Positions 29,735 through 38,786 of a DNA stretch of 64,000 bases are shown here, piece after piece. The DNA is from Myxococcales bacterium. Lineage in GTDB: Bacteria > Myxococcota_A > Polyangia > Fen-1088. The stretch lies in contig PLNW01000122.1 of NCBI GenBank assembly GCA_003142855.1, positions 6,213-70,212 on the forward strand, read 5' to 3'. The first letter of the stretch is position 1. Every line of letters begins with the position of its first letter. The notes beneath the pieces are model-generated. The model ran no database searches. It saw only the letters and a program-made list of their open reading frames with translations, and was not told the origin of the DNA. A program made the translations under genes and the position numbers.

Positions 29735-31144
29735 CTATGACTTCAGCTGGATCAGGGTTTCGAGCATGCTTTCGGCGGTGGTGATGACCTTGGCCAGGGC
29801 TTCGTAGGCGTGCTGCGACTGCATGAGGCCGACCATCTCATCGTCGAGGGATACCCCGGAAACCGAGCTGCGCGCGTCCTGCAGATTCTGCAGCATGCTC
29901 GCATCGAAGGTGGCGGCGTTCTGTGAATCAGAGGCGGCCGTGCCGAAATCGGAAACGATCTTGGCCATCCCTTTCTGCACATCCAGCCCGTTCGAAAGGG
30001 GCGCGCTCTGGGTGGCGACCATGGCCGCAAGGTTGGTCGCATCACCCGGACCCGAGGTGGCCGAGCCGGCCGCGGCAAGCAGCGACGGGTTGCTGGCCAA
30101 CGCCGGGTCGATCGTGATGGTCGCGGCAGCGTTGAGCGAAGTGGTGCCGACCGTGAACACGTCGCCTCCCTTGTCGCCGTTGAGATCATAGCCGTCCTGA
30201 TTCTGCCCATTGATAGTCTTGGCAAAACTGAAGGCCAAAGTGTCGAGATCCGTGCTGGCCGTTCCCAGGGCTCCGTCTCGCGCCGCCAGCAGGCCGCCAA
30301 CTTGCCCACCCAGATCGGACTGCTTGAGCACGAACGGGGCCGATCCGTCGGCCGGAGTGAACACCAAATCGACGTGACCTTTGTTGGCGTTGTCGCCTTG
30401 AATGGTCAGGGTCGCCGCCGCCGATGCGCTGACCAAGGTGGTGCCGCCGGGCAGAACCAGGCTGATGTTGCCGTAGGCATCGGGCACCTGCGTGGCCCCG
30501 ATGAGTTGCGCCGCCTGGTCCATGAGGTTGTGTCGCTGGTCCAGCAGGTCGTTGGGCTCGGCGCCAGAAGCTTCAGCCACCGAAATGCGTCGATTGAGAT
30601 CTGCCACTTGCGCCAGGTCGGAGTTCACCTGCTGAACCGTGTCGGTTACGCTGGCATCAATTCCGGTGCGCGCCTGCTCCAGCGACTGCGAGGTGCTGTT
30701 GAATGTGGAGGCCAGCCAGGCCGCGGACTGCACAGCAGACTGCCGCAGGCCGGTGTCGCCCGGGTTCTGCGCCAGCGCGGTCAGGGAAGAGTAGAAGGCG
30801 CCCAGGGCGTCGGTCAGATCGCCGGCAGCACCGTTGTTGAATGCGGACACCGCGGCCAAAGCACCGGACTGGGCCGTGGAGCTGGATGAGTTGGAAAACG
30901 CAGTGGGAAGCTGCGACTCGACGAACTGATCGCGATTCTGCGTGACACTCGCCAGGTAGACCCCGTTACCGATGTAGCCGCGGTTTCCGGCCAAAGGGCT
31001 GCCGGCGGCCTCGGCCAGGTTGGCCTGCTGGCGAGCGTAGCCCGGGGTGTTCGCGTTGGCGATGTTGTTGCTGGTAGTGGACGTCTTGGCCTGGACGGCG
31101 GCAAGGCCGTTGGCTGTGTTGTTGAGAAGGCTGATGAGATCCAT
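29735..31144 (-). CDS. flgK: Hook-filament junction protein FlgK
   Basis: NNIANANTPGYARQ, NDLLDQR, GGQVGGLL, SGVSLDDEM. Confidence 0.95.
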   Translation of the reverse strand: MDLISLLNNTANGLAAVQAKTSTTSNNIANANTPGYARQQANLAEAAGSPLAGNRGYIGNGVYLASVTQNRDQFVESQLPTAFSNSSSSTAQSGALAAVSAFNNGAAGDLTDALGAFYSSLTALAQNPGDTGLRQSAVQSAAWLASTFNSTSQSLEQARTGIDASVTDTVQQVNSDLAQVADLNRRISVAEASGAEPNDLLDQRHNLMDQAAQLIGATQVPDAYGNISLVLPGGTTLVSASAAATLTIQGDNANKGHVDLVFTPADGSAPFVLKQSDLGGQVGGLLAARDGALGTASTDLDTLAFSFAKTINGQNQDGYDLNGDKGGDVFTVGTTSLNAAATITIDPALASNPSLLAAAGSATSGPGDATNLAAMVATQSAPLSNGLDVQKGMAKIVSDFGTAASDSQNAATFDASMLQNLQDARSSVSGVSLDDEMVGLMQSQHAYEALAKVITTAESMLETLIQLKS

Positions 31145-31147
31145 GGG

Positions 31148-31624
31148 TTAAGCCACCCGGCAGGCCGTCGAGATGTCATCCATCGGGCGACACGCGCCTC
31201 GTCGATCGTAGGCCACGGTTTGCGGAGCCAGTGCCGCCAGGTAGCCGCGGACTCGAGAGAGGGCGCGTCCGCCCAATTTCAGGTTGACGGCGTCGATCTC
31301 GCGCAAGGCGCTGGCCAAGACACGCACATCCGCCATGCAAGCATCCAGGCGCTGCGCCGCCTCGGGCGCCGCTTTGCGCAGGTCAACCAACGAGACCGCC
31401 GTGAGACCGAGTGCGTGGCCGGCTGCCTCCATGGTCTCGCTCAGGGCACGCTCAAGTTGCGCCAGTTGCGCGTTGAAAGCGCTGCGCTGGCGGGCGCGTT
31501 CGAATAGCCCCTGGGTGTCGAGCGCGCGGATCAACAGCCGCTGGCCCCGCGCCTGCACCAACTCGGCCTCCAGCATCGCTCGCAGGTGGTCGAGAATCTG
31601 TGCGGCGTGGTCCAGCTCGTTCAT
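31148..31624 (-). CDS. flgN: Flagellar chaperone FlgN
   Basis: Helical protein between flgM and flgK with a C-terminal 'YDRRG' motif. Confidence 0.75.
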   Translation of the reverse strand: MNELDHAAQILDHLRAMLEAELVQARGQRLLIRALDTQGLFERARQRSAFNAQLAQLERALSETMEAAGHALGLTAVSLVDLRKAAPEAAQRLDACMADVRVLASALREIDAVNLKLGGRALSRVRGYLAALAPQTVAYDRRGACRPMDDISTACRVA

Positions 31625-31627
31625 CGT

Positions 31628-31927
31628 CTAGCCTCCCAGCATGGCCTGCAGGCGGGCATCGATCTCGGCCGCAGACACCAGCCGGTCGGCCAGCTCGCTC
31701 GCGCTGGGCGCGTAGCTGCCGGCGCGGATGGCGCCCTCGATCTGGGCCAGGCGCGCGGAATGCGATAGGCCGATGTTGGCCTGCACCGCTCGCGCCAGAG
31801 CGGCCGCCTTTGCGGCATCGGCGGTGCTCACACTGTCGGACTTGAGACGTGGAGCCGCTGCTTCAGTCTGTGGCTTACTCGCTGCGGGTTCAACCCCGCC
31901 TACTGATGTTGTGTTCTTGATCATCAT
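31628..31927 (-). CDS. flgM: Anti-sigma28 factor FlgM
   Basis: DSVS..RLAQIEGAIRAGSY.PSASELADRL. Confidence 0.85.
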   Translation of the reverse strand: MMIKNTTSVGGVEPAASKPQTEAAAPRLKSDSVSTADAAKAAALARAVQANIGLSHSARLAQIEGAIRAGSYAPSASELADRLVSAAEIDARLQAMLGG

Positions 31928-32262
31928 GGCCGATCCCCTTCGCCCATGGGGCTCTTACTGATAGGGGAATCGACACGCTTTTGAGAAGTATTAAGGGCAG
32001 GCTCTGCAGAAAGTTCGCCGTTGGCCTGAGCCAGGTCATCGCTCCCAGCCGGGAGCGAGTTTTCGATGAGACGCGCCAGGCCAATGCCGCCGCCTTTTTC
32101 GACTGCGTCAGCCAGTGCTTCCACGAACATCTGGGAGTGAATCTGACTGCCGGCCGTCCCGGCGGCGCCCTTGAAGACCCCGCTTGCGTCGATGAGCTGG
32201 CGCAGCAGACAGGTTTCAACCGCCTGCGCAGCTTGGGTCGCGTCACGGATAGGGCCCATCAC
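31924..32262 (-). CDS. flgJ: FlgJ rod-binding domain protein (no muramidase domain)
   Basis: AAQAVETCLLRQL..MFVEALAD..GGIGLA. Confidence 0.8.
   Translation of the reverse strand: MMGPIRDATQAAQAVETCLLRQLIDASGVFKGAAGTAGSQIHSQMFVEALADAVEKGGGIGLARLIENSLPAGSDDLAQANGELSAEPALNTSQKRVDSPISKSPMGEGDRP
31967..31994 (-). promoter_or_regulatory. Putative internal sigma28 promoter of flgM
   Basis: TTAAT-N15-GTCGATTC inside the 3' end of flgJ. Confidence 0.5.
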
Positions 32263-33359
32263 ATCACCTCCAGGTCGGCGTCGATGGCGCCGGCTGCTTT
32301 CATAGCTTGCAAGACAGCGACCAGGTCACGTGCCGACACGCCAAGCAGATTGAATGCCTTGACCAGCTCCTCGACCGTGCTAGTGGCTGGCAGGGCCACG
32401 GCTGGATTCGTCGGCTCCTGGGCGTCCAGGGTCGTGACTTTTCCTGACACCGTCTTGCCCTGCTTGGAAAACGGAGCGGGCTGGGAAGCCCAGGGCGTCT
32501 GTCGCACCGATATGGAAAGGCCACCATGGGCCACGGCCACCGGCCGGATGCGCACGCCTTGTCCGGCCACCACGGTGCCGGTCCGCTCGCTGACCACGAT
32601 GCGCGCCCGCTGATCGGGATCGACCTCGATGGCTTCCAGCTGTGACAGCATGGCCACCACGCGACCCTTCCACGACTCCGGAACCTTGATTTGTACCAAC
32701 GCTGGGTCGTTGGCTTTGGCGGCCTCTTCACCGAGGGACTTGTTCACCGCCTCGGCGATGTGCAGGGCTGTGGTGAAGTCAGGTCGGCGCAGCCCGAGCA
32801 CGATGGGCACTTTCTCCAAATCAGGCGAAACCGTGCGTTCCACGGTCGCGCCCCCGGGCACCGTGCCCGAGGTCGGGTGGTTCTTCTGCAGGCGCGAGCC
32901 CGCGGCCATCACGTCGAAGCCTCCTGCCTGCACCGGTCCTTGCGCCACCGCGTACACCATTCCATCCGACCCGGTGAGCGGCGTGATGAGCAGAACGCCG
33001 CCGGACAGAGATCGCGCGTCGCCCATCGAGCTGACCGACACGTCGATTCTGGTACCAGGACGAGAAAACGAAGGCAATTCGGCGGTGACCATGACGGCAC
33101 TCGTGTTGCGCACGCGCACGTCGGTGGGATTCACCCGGATGCCCATGCGTCCCAACATGCCGCTGATAGATTGTGCGGTGAAGGTGACCTGCGTGGTATC
33201 GCCCGTGTTGGCCAGCCCCACCACCAAACCGTACCCAAACAGGGCGTTTTCACGCACCCCCTGCACATCCACCAGATCCTTGATGCGAACCGGGGCGCCA
33301 GCCGCGGACAGCGCCGGCAGCGTGAACAAGAGCGCGAAAAGCAGAGTTCGTGTACGCAT
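32259..33359 (-). CDS. flgI: Flagellar P-ring protein FlgI
   Basis: RIKDL..GVREN.L.GYGLVVGL..TGD; GDARSLSGG.L; ERTGTVV.G. Confidence 0.97.
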   Translation of the reverse strand: MRTRTLLFALLFTLPALSAAGAPVRIKDLVDVQGVRENALFGYGLVVGLANTGDTTQVTFTAQSISGMLGRMGIRVNPTDVRVRNTSAVMVTAELPSFSRPGTRIDVSVSSMGDARSLSGGVLLITPLTGSDGMVYAVAQGPVQAGGFDVMAAGSRLQKNHPTSGTVPGGATVERTVSPDLEKVPIVLGLRRPDFTTALHIAEAVNKSLGEEAAKANDPALVQIKVPESWKGRVVAMLSQLEAIEVDPDQRARIVVSERTGTVVAGQGVRIRPVAVAHGGLSISVRQTPWASQPAPFSKQGKTVSGKVTTLDAQEPTNPAVALPATSTVEELVKAFNLLGVSARDLVAVLQAMKAAGAIDADLEVM

Positions 33360-33361
33360 GT

Positions 33362-34072
33362 TTAGAAGGGCCACATCCAACCAAGGGCGCGCGACAGCCA
33401 GCCCGGCTTCTGGTTGTCGGAAAGCACGCCGCGGCCGACGAATTCGATCTGTGCCTCGGCGACCATGTAGCTTTGCACACTGTTGTCCTGGTCGATGTCG
33501 ATGGGTCGCACCACGCCGGAGATGTAGAAGTGGTGTTCCTCCTCGTTGACCAGAATGACCCGATGGCCCTCGACGAAAAGATTGCCGTTGGAGAAAACCT
33601 TGGTGACCACCGCGGTCACCGTGGCGGTCAGCGATTCGGAGCGCGCGGTATCACCCGAGCTCTGCAAGCTGGACGTCGAACTGCCGCCGATGTTGAGATT
33701 GGGGTCCAGTTTCGGTATGTGTTTGAGCAGGCCCAGGAAGGCATCGATCTTGGCAGCGCTGCTGCTGGTCCGACTGGTGTTGGTGTCGGTGGTGTGCTGG
33801 GCATTGGCTTGTTCGGTAATCTTCACAACCACCAGGTCGTTGACCCGCAAGGCGCGCGCGTCGGTGAAGAGCAGCGAGGCCGACCGGCCTTCGTGCCACA
33901 GGCTGCCGGGAGAGGCCGCGGTTTCGTCGCCCTTGCTTTCCACGGGAAGCTTGTATTCGCGTCGCTTGGGCGTGTACTCGCTGATGTGGGCCTGCGTGCA
34001 AGCCAGCGCCAGAGGCGCAAAAACCAGTGTGCACAGGATCACGCGAGTCGTATGAAGCGAGGCGCTTCTCAT
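33362..34072 (-). CDS. flgH: Flagellar L-ring lipoprotein FlgH
   Basis: LALAC lipobox; GSLW..LFTDARA; NGNLFVEG..SGVVRP.DI. Confidence 0.95.
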   Translation of the reverse strand: MRSASLHTTRVILCTLVFAPLALACTQAHISEYTPKRREYKLPVESKGDETAASPGSLWHEGRSASLLFTDARALRVNDLVVVKITEQANAQHTTDTNTSRTSSSAAKIDAFLGLLKHIPKLDPNLNIGGSSTSSLQSSGDTARSESLTATVTAVVTKVFSNGNLFVEGHRVILVNEEEHHFYISGVVRPIDIDQDNSVQSYMVAEAQIEFVGRGVLSDNQKPGWLSRALGWMWPF

Positions 34073-34704
34073 GGCACATCCACCAGCAGCCGTCCCTCTT
34101 GCAGGTGGCCCTCCACGTGGCGGCCCGAAGGCAGCACGGCGCAAAGTCGGCCCACGCCGCAGGAAATCGCGCGCCCTTGTACCTCGATGGCCAGCGGCCC
34201 GCTCATCACCATGACCTTCACTGATTCCCCAGATGCCAGCGTGGCGCCGGCGACATGCGCTGCCTGCAGCACAGTCCCGCGAGGCAAATCCCGCGCGGCC
34301 AGCGCACCGGGCGGTGGCACGTAGGCAGCGTGGCCGCTTCTGATCTCACGATCCTCGACGGTCAGCGCCGCCTGCAAGGGCTCGCCCGCGCGCACCGGCC
34401 GCGTGGTGAAAGCCGCGGGTGCCCATACCTCGAAGCGTACCCAACCCCAACCCATACACCCTTGCCCGTACAGTTTGACCGGCAGGCGGCCCGATCCGCT
34501 GACCGTGCCGTCCAGCACCGCCTGGCGCAGGACGCAGCCTGCGGGCAGTTGCGGCGCCCAGCCCAGCGGCACGATGCGTGCCCCTGGGACAGCGAGCGCT
34601 CGAGAAAGAACCTCGCTCACCTCGGGGGGGAGGTTGGCGGCGCCGGTCGGATGGGACGCGGCAGCCGTCGCAAGGAGGAGAGCGAGGGGAAAATGGGGGT
34701 TCAT
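34069..34704 (-). CDS. flgA: P-ring formation chaperone FlgA
   Basis: Signal peptide; SAF-like 'RPVRAGEPL..ARDLPRGTVL'; lies between flgG and flgH. Confidence 0.8.
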   Translation of the reverse strand: MNPHFPLALLLATAAASHPTGAANLPPEVSEVLSRALAVPGARIVPLGWAPQLPAGCVLRQAVLDGTVSGSGRLPVKLYGQGCMGWGWVRFEVWAPAAFTTRPVRAGEPLQAALTVEDREIRSGHAAYVPPPGALAARDLPRGTVLQAAHVAGATLASGESVKVMVMSGPLAIEVQGRAISCGVGRLCAVLPSGRHVEGHLQEGRLLVDVP

Positions 34705-34711
34705 GACGTCT

Positions 34712-35497
34712 CTAGCGAAGGGCGGTCAGTTTCTGCAGCATCTCGTCGGCTGACTCGATGATCTTGGAATTCAGCTCGTAGTTGCGCTGGGTGGTGATCA
34801 TGTTGATCATTTCCTCGACCGCGGACACGTTCGAGCCTTCCAGGTTGCCTTGCGAGATACTTCCGGTTCCCTGGTCCCCGGCCTTGACCACGATGGGATC
34901 GCCACTGGAAGGAGTGGCGAGAAGCAAGTTGTTGCCGATGGCTTCCATGCCACCCGGATTGGCGAATGTGGCAATCTGGATGGTGCCGATGTTGGTCATG
35001 TCGGTACGATTGGAAAGTCTGGCCTGCACGATGCCGTCCGAGGTCACGGTGACGTTGGTCGCATCTGTGGGAATGGTGATGCCCGGCTCCAGCACTTCGC
35101 CCAACTGGGTGACAATGCGTCCGGTGGCATCCAGTCGGAAACTGCCATCGCGGGTGAAGGCGATGTCGCCGTTGGCGCGCTGGATGCGGAAGAAGCCACT
35201 GCCCTCGATGGCCAAATCGAGCGGGTTTTTGGTCGCGATCATATCGCCCTGGGCGAAGGAGCGCGATGTGGAGGCCGTGCGCACGCCCAGACCCACCTGC
35301 AGCGCCGTGGGCTGGCTGCCCCCCTGCGCATTGGGCTGCGTGGCTGCGCGAATGGTTTCTGACAAGAGATCCTGAAAATCGGCGCGCGTTTTCTTGAAGC
35401 CGGTGGTGCTCGCGTTGGCCAGGTTGTTGGCGATGACGTCCAACTTGGTCTGCTGGGCATCCATTCCAGTGGCGGCTGTGTAAAGCGATCGCAGCAT
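34712..35497 (-). CDS. flgG: Flagellar distal rod protein FlgG
   Basis: MLRSLYTAATGM.AQQ..IANNLAN.STTGFK; LEGSNV..EEM. Confidence 0.97.
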   Translation of the reverse strand: MLRSLYTAATGMDAQQTKLDVIANNLANASTTGFKKTRADFQDLLSETIRAATQPNAQGGSQPTALQVGLGVRTASTSRSFAQGDMIATKNPLDLAIEGSGFFRIQRANGDIAFTRDGSFRLDATGRIVTQLGEVLEPGITIPTDATNVTVTSDGIVQARLSNRTDMTNIGTIQIATFANPGGMEAIGNNLLLATPSSGDPIVVKAGDQGTGSISQGNLEGSNVSAVEEMINMITTQRNYELNSKIIESADEMLQKLTALR

Positions 35498-35520
35498 GAG
35501 TGCCCCCTAGTGGATCTCCT

Positions 35521-36231
35521 TCATTTGACCAACCCCACTTGGGTGGCGCGGTCGTCCATCTTTCGATAGGTCTGGATGGCCTGCATGGCCATATCGAACT
35601 GGCGTTGCGCATTGATCATCTGAACCGTGGAATCGAGCGCACTCACGTTGCCCATCTCCAGCTCACCCACCCGCACGGTGCTGTCCGCCGTCGGGCTCAT
35701 GCTGGAGCCAGCCGAAGGCTGAAGCAAGGTGGGCGCGATCTTGTCCATGGGCCCCTGGGCCTGGAAAAGCGCCAACGTGTCCACCACCGTGTTGCGGCCC
35801 ACGACCACATTGCCGTTGCTCTCGATGCGTGGGTCAGCGCCCGGAGGCACGGTCACCGGCTCACCTGAAATTCCCAGCACCGGCAAGCCCGAGGCGAGCA
35901 ACTCGCCGTTGGGGCCGCGCTCGAGGTGTCCGTTGCGCGTGTAAGCCATCTGGCCGCTCGACAGCCGCACGCCGAGATAGGCATCGCCCTCGGGCAAAAC
36001 GTCGAGCGGGTTGTCCGTGGTGTTGGTAGGACCTGGTCGCATATCCACGCCGGTGGACACCGCTCCAGCCAGAACCTTGTCGCTAGGTCCGGGCGGCAAG
36101 AAGGCGCGAAAGGCGGGACGCGTGGCCTTGAAGCCCGGCGTCTCGGCATTGGCCAGGTTGTCGGCAATGGAATCGAGCTGGGCAGCGCGCGCCACCGCAG
36201 CAGACATTCCTACATATAGGCCGTCGGACAC
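35521..36231 (-). CDS. flgF: Flagellar rod protein FlgF
   Basis: IADNLANAETPGFK, TDNPLDV, YTRNG, LEMGNV. Confidence 0.92.
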   Translation of the reverse strand: MSDGLYVGMSAAVARAAQLDSIADNLANAETPGFKATRPAFRAFLPPGPSDKVLAGAVSTGVDMRPGPTNTTDNPLDVLPEGDAYLGVRLSSGQMAYTRNGHLERGPNGELLASGLPVLGISGEPVTVPPGADPRIESNGNVVVGRNTVVDTLALFQAQGPMDKIAPTLLQPSAGSSMSPTADSTVRVGELEMGNVSALDSTVQMINAQRQFDMAMQAIQTYRKMDDRATQVGLVK

Positions 36232-36257
36232 TTTGCGTACCTCTTGCCTGGTGACGA

Positions 36258-36273
36258 AGCAAGCGCGATGCCA
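36258..36273 (-). promoter_or_regulatory. Sigma54 promoter of the flgF operon
   Basis: TGGCATCGCGCTTGCT, near consensus. Confidence 0.8.
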
Positions 36274-36314
36274 GGCGCTTTTGTGGCGCGATCCGAATTT
36301 TCCACCGCTCAGGG

Positions 36315-36342
36315 TTCAGTTCTTGCTGGTTCGGTCCGATAG
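36315..36342 (+). promoter_or_regulatory. Putative sigma28-like promoter of fliJ
   Basis: TTCAG-N15-TCCGATAG. Confidence 0.4.
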
Positions 36343-36349
36343 AGGAAAT

Positions 36350-36766
36350 GTGAGTTCCAAAACTGGTCTCGACGCCGCCGTTAGGGTGCGAGAAGTCGCC
36401 GAGGATCGTGCGCGCATGACCCTGGCCGAGGCTCAGCGCTTGGCCCAGCAGACCGCGGATGCGGTACGCGAAGCAGCCCAGCGCGCGCTCACCGACGAGC
36501 GCTGCAGTGGCAGCGCGGCCGACTGGACCATCATCGAATTCGCACACATCCGGGCGCTACAGGAAGCGCGACGCGCGGAAGTCGAAAGGCGTGCTGCCGA
36601 GGAGAAACTGGGGGTTTCGCGCGAGCGTTTCGTGGGCGCGCGCACCCGTGCCGAAGCCCTGCGCCGGGTGCTGGAAGTGCGTCGCAGCGAGATGCGCGTG
36701 GCCGAGAGGCTGACCGAGCACAAGGAGATGGACGAGGTCGCGAGTCTGCTGCGGGTCCGCAGGTAG
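36350..36766 (+). CDS. fliJ: Flagellar export protein FliJ
   Basis: LDAAVRVRE..E, coiled coil, ALRRVLE.RR..EHKEMDE pattern; GTG start after GAGG. Confidence 0.75.
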   Translation: MSSKTGLDAAVRVREVAEDRARMTLAEAQRLAQQTADAVREAAQRALTDERCSGSAADWTIIEFAHIRALQEARRAEVERRAAEEKLGVSRERFVGARTRAEALRRVLEVRRSEMRVAERLTEHKEMDEVASLLRVRR

Positions 36767-36795
36767 CACCGACCATCAGACCTTCGATTCACCGA

Positions 36796-36911
36796 CGGCC
36801 GACGATCCGACCCGCTGACTGTGCCGTCGCTGCGCTCCGGTGCTCACATACGGGTGTATGCTCCGCTCCGGTGCTCGCGCCGACTTCGTCATCGGGCCGG
36901 CTTGTCGGCCG
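36796..36911. repeat. MITE/REP-like palindromic element (family C)
   Basis: 24-bp terminal inverted repeats (20/24 match) around a catac-gggt-gtatg hairpin and a duplicated gctccggtgctc. Confidence 0.65.
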
Positions 36912-37134
36912 ATTCTTGAAGGCAGATTGATGCAGTGGTGTTGGTTGGTCGAGACGCCCGTTTTGTGGCGTCGGTAGCGAACTGGCATTTCGCCCGCGCC
37001 AGAAATCTGGCGCGAAGTTGGTCTGGGCAACCGGCATCTGACACGGCCATCGCCAGGTTGGTGACGTTGGTCCAGTGGCCTTCTGCGGCTTTTTGCGGCC
37101 CAGTGTCCGGTACCACGCTCTATACTGGGCCGCG

Positions 37135-37815
37135 ATGACTCACTTCTTGTGGACAATCGCGGTCGTCGCGTTGATCGTGCCCTTGGCCATGTCCGCCAGC
37201 GCGCAGAATGACAAGTGGGAGCTTGTGGGCAGCAAGGATGACATTGTTAGCTACCGACGCGAAGTCGCGGGCAGCCCGGTCATCGCAATTCGGGGCGAGG
37301 CGGTGGTGGATGCCTCCATCGTGCGCGTGGCCAGCGTTCTCCTGGATACCGCGCTCCTGCCGCAATGGATGGATAGGCTGGCCGAGGCGCGGCGAATTCG
37401 AACCCAAGGTGCGCGCCACTATGTGGAATACGATCGCGCCAACGTTCCCTTCCCCCTGACTGATCGGGATTTCGTGGTGGAGACGTGGGTGGAAACCGAC
37501 GCCGCGAAAAAGCAGGTGCTGCTCAAGGCGCACTCCGTGGTGGATCCGTCCGCCCCGGTGACCAGCTTGGTGCGAGGCGAAGTACTGTCCAGTACCTTCA
37601 TCCTGACGGCTGTCGACCACGGCCAACGTACACGCGTAGTGGCCGAAGTTCACACCGATCCCAAAGGCTCGATCCCCAAGTGGATGGTCAACCTGACCCA
37701 GAAATCCTGGGCGCACACCACCATCATGGGTCTGCGCGCCCAGGTGCGGAAGGCCAGCACTTCGGACGATCCCGAGGTGAAGGCGATGCTGGAAAAGGCC
37801 GGTTTTCTCGATTAG
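37135..37815 (+). CDS. Secreted START/SRPBCC lipid-binding domain protein
   Basis: Signal peptide; PFPLTDRDFV, HTDPKGSIPKWMVN. Confidence 0.85.
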   Translation: MTHFLWTIAVVALIVPLAMSASAQNDKWELVGSKDDIVSYRREVAGSPVIAIRGEAVVDASIVRVASVLLDTALLPQWMDRLAEARRIRTQGARHYVEYDRANVPFPLTDRDFVVETWVETDAAKKQVLLKAHSVVDPSAPVTSLVRGEVLSSTFILTAVDHGQRTRVVAEVHTDPKGSIPKWMVNLTQKSWAHTTIMGLRAQVRKASTSDDPEVKAMLEKAGFLD

Positions 37816-38747
37816 CGATTCCGCAGGCGCTGCAGCTCCGCCTCGAAGGACGGCGGCAACTCGCTGGCAAAATGCAGACGCTCGCCCGTGACCGGGTGAT
37901 CGAATCCCAGCGTGGCGGCATGGAGCAGCAGACGATGGGACGGCAGGAGCGCGCGGCCGGAGCGCGTGTGGTCGCGCAGGTAGACGGTTTCACCCACCAG
38001 GGGATGCCCCTGTTCGGCGAGGTGAATCCGGATCTGGTGCGTGCGCCCGGTCTCAAGACGTACGCGACACACCGTCGCCGCCGGTAGGCTCTCGATGACC
38101 TCGACGTGGGTGACCGCGTGCTGCCCCTGATTTGGTCGCCGCGTGCTTCCGCGCAGCCCGTCGCCACGATCGGCGATCAGGCGCGATTCTATGCGCGCCG
38201 GCCGCACCTGTCCGTGAGCCACCGCGAAGTATTCCCGCTCGGCGAGGTGCTGCTTGAACACGTTGTGAAGCCCGCGTTCCGCCAGTTTGGTCTTGGCAAA
38301 ACACAGCAGCCCCGAGGTGTCCTTGTCTATGCGATGGACTGTGTAGAGCGGCGTCGCCGTGGCACGCTTGCCTTGCTTGCGCCAGGCCTCGCGAATGAGA
38401 TCCAGAGCCGTGCCTCGCTCTTTGCGCTCGTAGGGTACGCTGGACACGCCTTCCGGTTTCTCGATGACGATGAGATGGCCGTCCTCGTACACGATGCTGA
38501 ACTCGGGTCGGCTTGCCGTGCGGCGTGGGTCGGGGGCGGTGAGGCTCCAGGCCACCGTCTCGCCGCCTGCCAATCGTCGTGCTGGGTTCAGCTCGCTCTC
38601 TCCCTTCACACTGATCTTGCCGGACAGGCACAGGCTGCGCAGATCGCTCCAGCTCTGGCCGACCAGATGTGCGCGCAGAGCGGCCGCTACCGTGCAATTT
38701 GCGGGCGCCGTGAACTCACCGCGAGCCGGCAGGGACCGCACACTCAT
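37812..38747 (-). CDS. RluA-family pseudouridine synthase
   Basis: VHRIDKDTSGLL, LETGRTHQIRIH..GHPLVGE, LHAATLGFDHP. Confidence 0.95.
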   Translation of the reverse strand: MSVRSLPARGEFTAPANCTVAAALRAHLVGQSWSDLRSLCLSGKISVKGESELNPARRLAGGETVAWSLTAPDPRRTASRPEFSIVYEDGHLIVIEKPEGVSSVPYERKERGTALDLIREAWRKQGKRATATPLYTVHRIDKDTSGLLCFAKTKLAERGLHNVFKQHLAEREYFAVAHGQVRPARIESRLIADRGDGLRGSTRRPNQGQHAVTHVEVIESLPAATVCRVRLETGRTHQIRIHLAEQGHPLVGETVYLRDHTRSGRALLPSHRLLLHAATLGFDHPVTGERLHFASELPPSFEAELQRLRNR

Positions 38748-38786
38748 TGATTATGTTGCCCGCCACAATGGACTGTAGCCAGTTGT

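Noticed and set aside
31924-32262. Truncated flgJ pseudogene
   Set aside because: Single-domain FlgJ without a muramidase is normal in many phyla
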